A stretch of DNA of 64,000 bases, from the NCBI RefSeq assembly GCF_964204865.1, contig NC_135258.1, positions 9,424,001-9,488,000 on the forward strand, written 5' to 3'. The stretch's first letter is position 1, and every line of letters begins with the position of its first letter. Positions 56,193 to 64,000 of the stretch are shown here, one piece after another. The DNA comes from Styela clava. Lineage: Eukaryota. The position numbers were made by a program, and so were the translations under genes. The notes under the pieces are model-generated. The model was not told where the DNA came from. It did no database searches and saw only the letters and a program-made list of their open reading frames with translations.

Positions 56193-57981
56193 TCATATAC
56201 TCCACCTAACTCTATATATTTAATACTGTTAATAGAAAGCTGTAAAATAAAACTGCGAATGAGTGTAAATTTATACTTAATAAGGATAGCTTTGGGTCTG
56301 GTCTACATTGATATACCTTGTTCCTACAATGAAACATAGAATATCAGAATAACACTCAATGACTCAGCTGCAGAAGTATAGTCCACTTATTACTAGAGGT
56401 GACGGGGCCCAGTCTTATTCCAACCTCTTACATAAAATCACTAATAAGTGATAATCTGAATCTTTATTATTCATCTATTTTGAATATCTCCAGTTAAAAT
56501 TATATTAGATATATTTAAACTCAAACTGAGGAAATAAAACGATACTGCATTGTATAACTACCATAATCTTGGAAATTATTTCATATTTCATAAATCGCAA
56601 TAAACAAAAAACATTTCTCTTCTACATTTGTATTTATATCATGAACTATGAAATCGTGTTTAGAGTTCCGGTAGTATGACCTACTATTTTGTGTGGGTGA
56701 AATTCATTTGACGCATTTTTGAATAATATTAAATAAGCATATATATCTACACATCAGTCTACGTAATCGGCTACCAAAAATCCTTCCAATATTGTTTTTA
56801 ATTATTTCCTCAAAAGTAATTATTTATCACGTCACTTAAGTTCCCAAAGTGCAAGTATATGACAGCTTCGACAACAGTACATTTAGTTCAAATACAAAAT
56901 TATACAAAATGCTATTTAAGTTAGAATAGAAGTAAACAATACATGGATAATAAAACTAATGATCTGAGATTGGTGTAATAGGTTCAGAGAATTACAGAAT
57001 CTGATAATGAAAATTTTATACTAAAAGTATTTTAGTTCAAATTTATGTAAAAGATTTTTATGAAACAAGCCAATCAATATTGTTGTTATATATTTATAAT
57101 TTGCTGTTTGAACAACAAAATCTCGATTTATACTTAAAAAAAATATCACAGAGTTCATGATAAGATATACTTTGCTGGAGATAAACAATAAAATTACTAC
57201 AGATCAATAACCAAAGTTATATATGATTTTTTTTAAACTTAATAAGTGACATTACAAACACAGTCACAGCAAGAAATTCCTGAAATTGAGTGAAATGACC
57301 TTTCAAGAACTTCTTTCTAGTAGTATGTTGTTATTGATCTGCAAGTGTTTTATCATTATTAACGCATACGTCACACAGTATTCTACTAACAGATGGCTGT
57401 ATACAAAATAAAAATACAAAATATTCTCAAATTCTACTCTTTCAAAGATTTTTGAACAACAAAAATAGCATTAGCATTTCAACTGTAATATTTCTTTTCA
57501 CTTGCTAACTGTATAAGACAATATATGAAAAAGTTATGAAAGATATTTGTTTTTAGATGTGTTTCACACACTTCTCACTATACATGACTCTACCCAAGTA
57601 AGTTTATGTATCACTAAAAGACCTACGATAATACTACAGATAAGACAAGAAATGTTTGAGAAGGCTGCCAATATATAGCTTGTGGAGGAGTCATGTTGTA
57701 TTCAAAAAGTTTGCATATGGAAATGTGGGAAAAATAAGATAAAGGTCACCGAATTGGATATCTACTCTTGACAGGAAGTAAACGGCCCCTTTGGTAACAC
57801 TAGACACTTCTGAAAGTTCCTGAACTCAAGAATCAAAAATATTGAAAATAGTTATTTTTGAATCTATTTGTTTTGGAAACTCCTGATATAGCCATATCCC
57901 GATCCATGTGGACCCTACAGTGACTATATTAGTACCGTGTCTACTGCCTGTGTAAAACTGCACAAAATAATGGTTTATTTC

Positions 57982-58686
57982 CGGTCTTACTACTTACTGA
58001 ATACAGCACGAAACAGCGCAAAATAGTGGGGAAACAGCGCGAAAGAGCGCAAAACAGAGGGAAACAGTGTGAAGCAGAAAAAAATTTTGCAATGAGTTCG
58101 GGGCACCTTGTTTTGAGTTGGATTACCACGGCAGCAAATTAAAAACACAAACCAACGTATGTAGCCAATAATGCTGTAATGGCCGGTCTGCCCCTGCTGG
58201 TGACACATTTTGGGTACCATAATTTAGAACATTTTCCATGTGGATATGGTTGGCTTTAGGGTTAGGGTTAGGTAAAAAGGGACCTCCAGAAGTATGTGCA
58301 TCAAGATGGCGCACAACCTGAAAATAGTATGTGTGTGTGTGTGTAGCGCCTTCAGGTTGTGCGACATATTGCTGCACATACTTCTGGTGCACCAAAAAGG
58401 TAGATAAAATTTCGCATGATAACCTATAATCCGGTACATAACCTTGTAAATATACCGGAAATAGCGCCATAAAACCATGGCGAGAGGCGCCGTGGTTCTT
58501 TCGTGGCAGGAGGTGGTAATGACTGCGTCTCCTGTTTTGCGCTGTTTCCCTCTGTTTTGCGCTGGTTTCCCTCTGTTTCGCGCTGTTTTCCTCTGTATTG
58601 CGCTGTTTCGCGCTATTTTGCGCCGTTTCGCGCTGTTTAGCGCTCTTTGCGGTGTTTCGCGCTGTATTCAGTAAGTAGTAAGACCC
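57982..58686. mobile_element. Foldback-type non-autonomous DNA transposon (Mutator-like) with a nested MITE
   Basis: 25-bp perfect TIR ggtcttactacttactgaatacagc / gctgtattcagtaagtagtaagacc. Subterminal 10-11-bp tandem units (gaaacagcgc / gcgctgtttc). 9-bp TSD GTTTATTTC at 57973-57981 and 58687-58695. Confidence 0.9.
58280..58393. mobile_element. Palindromic MITE, family A, copy 4 (nested)
   Basis: Same caagatggcgcacaacctgaa / ttcaggttgtgcg arms, with a (GT)n spacer. Flanked by an aaaaag(g) direct repeat of 6-7 bp. Confidence 0.8.
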
Positions 58687-60207
58687 GTTTATTTCTGAAT
58701 CTCTGTGAAAGTGCTACATACACGCAACAACAATTATGCTGTAAACTGTATTATAAATCTAAAGATAATACAGGCAATCGCAATTCCATGTTTTTTCAAT
58801 AACTCGTAAAACAAATATGTTAATCAGAAACCACACTGGAACCGAAATAATTCAGTTCAAATAAAATTCACCAATGCAGTGAAATCATAATATATACTGA
58901 CTTTACAAAGTTGAAAACAACCTATCGTAATCTTGATGAAAAGTATGATAATATATAGAATATTCCTATGCATAAATTATGCAATTCAAGAGTCTTGCTG
59001 CACACTAACACAAATGTTTTTTCTGTAATGTTTTGTCTGACTAAATTCAGACTTCCTCAGTCAAGCAGTTTACAATAATGACAAGAAAAGAACAATCATG
59101 CGGTTTAAATACGATGATAAATAAATTTTTTAAAAATTGAATTTTCAGATGAAATGTGACCAAACAATGATAAAAATAATTATTAATGAATAGCAAGAAG
59201 ATAATTAAAGCAACTGATAAATATGTTACATGTTTATGAATTTCACAAAAAAAACAGTAACTCCTGTTATCTGAACAATTATAACGGCAAGCATTCATAT
59301 AAACATCCTTGGCCTCAAAATGTATCAATAAATATACCTAACTAATTCAATAACCAACATCACTGCCCGGAACATTCTTAAAGTCAGACAATGAGAAACG
59401 CCTTTTGTATTGTAATGTAAATAATTCAGTTATGCTTCAATGGGCAGGACAGGATGTTTGAACAGTCACCCAAATTACAAAGCGTACTTCAGTACAAAAA
59501 TATTCTGATGTCATGTCTAAGAAAAGTAGTCAAGATTCCTTTCTATTATAAAAACCAAGATCTGATTGTGTAAAACTATAGTAAATTTCAGTTAATATAC
59601 AGTCTGCAAAATATTTCAAACGCAGATAATAGCATATTTGGATATGGAAGTCAACTATAGTTTTTGACCTGTCTTGAGAAACACTTAAAAATGATAAAAG
59701 CGAGGAAACCTCTTGGTCTTATTTCCAATATAAAGACAAAAAACCAACAAAGACCGAATGATATATAATTTATGAACTTTCGCACATTTTAATTCATTTT
59801 GTTTACATTTACATTGAATAATTTCATTCCATCTTCCTTTTGCTGAAGGACAGAATACAGAAATATAAAACCAGCAGACAGTACATATTCCACTAATTTT
59901 CTTTAGATTTATGGCGATGGGCAGCACGAAAATCAGGAAGTGAAAGACTGCAGTGATTGTTCAAACTATGTTCAACTTCATAAGTTACTAGTACCGGTAG
60001 ACTACCTAAGTCTACTTGTATTACAGTAACGGTATGCTGCTACAGAATACCGGTATCCGTAATTTATATTTACGGTACGCCGCAGCCGGAGCGAACCCGG
60101 TGGGTGTCTATTTTATCTGACGACATTGACCTCACGTTCCGATACTAAACTGAATTTATTCGCTCTATAGTGACATCTTCCGATTTAAAATTTCGACCCA
60201 AACTTAC

Positions 60208-60330
60208 GAACCGAAGATACTGAACAGAGCGAGAAAGAATTTATTGCTCTCGTCAAACCAGAAAGACAGATGATCATATACTATACATATATACAAAATA
60301 AGAATTCAGAGTTTTTGGTATATGACTGGG
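60208..60330 (-). other. Possible non-coding first exon / promoter region of SLK
   Basis: Consensus donor GTAAGT at 60207-60202 beside a CpG-richer stretch (60050-60260). The ATG exon has a strong acceptor (ttttattttacag) at 56240, implying upstream splicing. The 5' limit is a guess. Confidence 0.35.
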
Positions 60331-61078
60331 AGGTAACGATACTACCGATAAGGTCATCAGAGTCTGATATCACACAATATGAATAAATACTTAATAGGTT
60401 CAACATTTTTGACTCTCCTTATATTTTGTGAAAAAAAAGAAAGTTTTGTACTAACTTCCATGCTGATTTCAAAATATGAATTAATGACGGGCAAGCAGAA
60501 TAAAAAAATAAAATAGCTGAGAGTGAAGTCTCATAAACGGTTATGTGGGAAATGAAGATTGTACCAGAATTTGTTTGGAAGTCTTGGGCTCAATACACAA
60601 ATGTATGAAGATTCAATGAGCGATTATTGGTTTAAATGTGCTATTGGTGCAAAAGTTCCCCATGTAATGTTACTCTTGTACATAAGATTTAAAATTTTAC
60701 AAAGGCTCAATGAACAAGCAATGCAAGTTTTTCGAATAAAGATATACTCAAATGCCTGTTTGAGTTAATGCAACACAAACACCGCGGACGTAGTTACTTT
60801 TATCATTATAATTAGGTTCCAATCAAGATGTAGACTACCAAAATCATAAAATTATTTACATTTCAAATATCATGTGGCTTACTGACATTCGTAAATACAT
60901 ATACAAAAGCCGTCACTGACATGTGTTTACGTGAACCATCCTACGACGTTGAGTAATTGTCGCTCACATAATTACCCCTTCACAGGACGCGACCTGTGCA
61001 GGGTAACTATTAGAAGTACTTTGGCAAGCTTATTCCTACGCTTTGCACAGAACCCCAGCATTTGTTGAAACGCTGGAC

Positions 61079-61848
61079 CAGCGTTTCCCAAACTTTTTTG
61101 GCCACGGAACACTTACGCTTTTCATCTCGCCTCGCGGAACACCAAAAAATGAAAGGGTAAAATTGATAAAGAAATGGTGTAAAGTAGCGGTTCTCAAAGG
61201 GTGCGCTGCTAATGCGCCGTGGGGAGTTGCCAAATGCGCTGCGAACACTAACAGAATTGTGTTCAACATAACTAAAACATGATTGAATATTTTACATATT
61301 GCATTTATTATAAATGTTTTATTTCTTTTTATTGTAAATGCTGTGTATAGTAATCAATAAATTCATGTTACCTTTCTATGTCGCTTACTTCTATTACGTA
61401 GTGTTTGCCTCTAATGTTACGTAGTACCAATGGAAATAGAAGTACTTGCTGCAATTTTGCGAGCTGCGATTTATTTATCTGCTGAATCGAGTTTGGCGAA
61501 CATAATTAAGCTTTTCAGCATTTCAAAGTAAAACCAGGCAGATGTGAAGAAAAAAGAGTTGGCCCTTTGCCTTCATTATCTGGGTCTACGCGTTTGCCTA
61601 TTGCAAAACCAAAAAGATTGCCATTAATTTGATAATGAACTTGACAGTCAAAAAGCTAGGCCGACGGTTAACGAAAATGCCACTACATTCAGAAAGTTAG
61701 TCCGATTTAGGCCGAAGGTACGCGATATTGAACAGTCGCCAGTTGGGCGACAACTTCACGATCCCGAAATAGCCAATTTAGTCGTAATTTTGATCCCTTT
61801 TCCACGGAACACTCGGAAGATGCTCGGAACACAGTTTGGCATACGCTG
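61079..61848. mobile_element. hAT (Charlie-like) non-autonomous element
   Basis: TIRs cagcgtttcccaaact / agtttggcatacgctg, with cggaacac subterminal motifs at both ends. Near-duplicate flanks cgctggac / cgctagac. A second hAT-like terminus (tagcggttctcaaa) lies inside at ~61186. Confidence 0.75.
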
Positions 61849-62653
61849 CCGCTAGACTACTGGGCATACCAGGTTTTGCATGCCTTGAAGTATTTTTTTC
61901 AAATAACATATACAGTTCTACTTTTTGTTAATATTTTTTGTTGGACTTGCTTGTGGGTACGGGTGGGTATAGGTAAAAATTGATTCTTAATCATTCTGAA
62001 ACACTCGAGAGGTGTCGCGTGGTAATGGATCTTTTCCCATCATAGTTAACTTAATATAGTTAGCTCACGCTATTTTCTTCTTTGTTTATTTATGTTACAC
62101 AGTTCTCTCGTTGCTCTTGAGTGATGCGTCATGGTATTCTCTCAACGCAATATTGTGGCGCATGTAGTTCTCGGCTATCTGGCTGTAGCCGATGTCTAAG
62201 GAGGATGTAGGTTATCGGACTGGTATGATATCGTTCTATATTGTTTGAATGTCTCTTGCCTTTGACAGAAAACGATTGCTCCTGAGAGCAAAACTCATAA
62301 AATAACATCTTGAGACAAATTCATTTCTGTTACCAAATTTTAATTTCCAGTTATCATCGCAACTTTTTTTTAATTTATCGTCAACTAAAATACCGCCCGA
62401 CACTCGACCAGGCGTGTGTCGCGCTGGATCGATAGGAACGGATTCATCAGCGACTCAAAATCCAAAATATATGTATTTTATTGGGAGCGCAAAATAAATG
62501 TGACAAAGCGCATTGTTTGGCGTTATAACTTTGTATTCTCGGGAAACGGCTGTCGTGAAAAATAAAATTTGATCCAAATTAATCACAAATAATGTTTTAT
62601 CATCTAACGCCGGTACACATCATTTTCCGGTAAACTCGAAAAGTCATTTCAAT

Positions 62654-63827
62654 ATAGATAGATAGATAGAAGTTTATTCATCATCCAGTCATTAGCCAAT
62701 AAGTCAAACACAAACAACAACATTCGATAAGTAAAAGAAGAATAAATCGACTAACAACGGAATTGATAGGAGGTTGGAAGGACCATACGGTCACTAAATC
62801 GAAACAACTCTCCTGGCATAAAAAAGGTTGACAGATTACATTTTATATTATAGCAATTATAAAACCTTTTAACTTGTTGTAACTAACAATTGAGCAACAA
62901 GAGTAATGTGACACATATTGAGACAAATTTAAAATAGAAGCGGCAAGAAAAAGCATTTAGTTTTATATCACACAAAATAAAAACGTACAAGTAGAAAAGT
63001 TATGAATCAGTACTTATTCAGAAAAGACTGGAAATACTTCTTGGAAAAAACATTAAAACTGGAAATTTCCTTTAGGTTTTCGTTAATATCGTTCCAAATT
63101 CTCACACCCTGGTACTTTATGGAATTTTGGGCCCGCGAGGATGAAAATCGTGGTACAAATAATCCTCCCTTTCGAGATGAACGAGTACCATATGTATGTG
63201 AATTTTTTGTTGTAACAAAATATTGTTGTATTACGCGAGGGGCAGTGCTATTTACCGCTTGATACATGAGCCTTCCCATTTCATAAAAATATAGATCTTT
63301 TATTCTAAGAATACCAAGAATTTTGTAATTACTACTCAAATTTGCCCAGCGTGGCACCCCGTAGATGGCTCGAATTGCTTTATTTTGGATTAGCTGTAAT
63401 TTGTTAAGACTGGTTTTGTCACAACAACCCCAAGTTACGATACCATACAGAATACAAGAATGAAATAATGAATAGTAAATGATTTTTAAAGCATGCAATG
63501 TCAAATAGTGTCTAAGTTTGAACATAATCCCAGTCACTCTTGATAACTTGCTATATAGATATTCAGTATGAGCATGCTATTTAAATTTATTGTCAATAAT
63601 TATCCCAAGATATTTCATGCATGACACTTCAATTAACATTTTATCACCAAAAGATACATGGAAAGCTCTACTTATATTTTTTTGGTGAGAAAGCATATAG
63701 GTCGATTTAGAATAATTTACAGTCAATTTATTTGCTCTCATCCAGGCATCCACTTTGCTTATTTTATTATTTATGAGAATTTGAAGAATATGAGGGCAGT
63801 GGTGGCTTTTAGCAATACATGTGTCAT
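62654..63827 (-). mobile_element. 5'-truncated non-LTR retrotransposon (L2/Crack/Daphne-CR1 group), RT C-terminal part plus 3' UTR
   Basis: Continuous frame DTCIAK...VDAWMRANKLTVNYSKSTYM...KYLGIIIDNKFK*HAH...KLSRVTGIMFKLRHYL...YYSLFHSCILYGIVTWG...KLQLIQNKAIRAI...GVRIWN, with one in-frame stop (W to TAG, ~63578). The 3' end is AATAAA followed by a (CTAT)n tail at 62655-62670. Confidence 0.9.
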
Positions 63828-64000
63828 ATAAAATGAAGAATGTTTCACTATTCCAAAAAATTAAAATTGTTGCAATCGAAAAATCGCCTGTAAGATAAAT
63901 ACAAGAGAGCTATGCTCAAATATATGGACACTTAAAATAAAACGAAATATATTATCATTACTTCACCGAAAACCATAGGGTATCCTACACGAATCTGAAC

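Noticed and set aside
57941-58674. Cluster of overlapping ORFs
   Set aside because: They are produced by the tandem and inverted repeats of the foldback element, with no protein motifs.

Overview
AT-rich eukaryotic (animal) genomic DNA with GT-AG introns. The vertebrate-like SLK and claudin sequences, compact introns and dense small MITEs suggest an invertebrate chordate such as an ascidian (inference). Most ORF-track entries are exon fragments or noise, so I assembled four spliced genes by hand. (1) Minus strand: the first two exons of a claudin (2381-1756); the rest is outside the window or unresolved. (2) Plus strand: a 5-exon RTP-like 3CxxC zinc-finger gene (7023-11407, 498 aa, no transmembrane anchor), preceded by an NF-kB site next to a TATA box. 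(3) Plus strand: a 7-exon gene (15000-19086, 351 aa) that I cannot assign to a family. It encodes a signal peptide, five tandem 8-cysteine modules, an internal RKKR site, a polybasic tail and a C-terminal RDEL ER-retention signal, and is the best novelty candidate. (4) Minus strand: an ~19-exon STE20-like kinase SLK/STK10 gene (56159-23318) with two candidate 3' exons. Repeats include a palindromic MITE family (4 copies, mostly with 8-bp TSDs), 9-bp-TSD foldback elements (one nested), hAT- and Tc1/pogo-like MITEs, a SINE-like repeat and a 5'-truncated L2/CR1-group LINE. All gene models are manual and need transcript confirmation.
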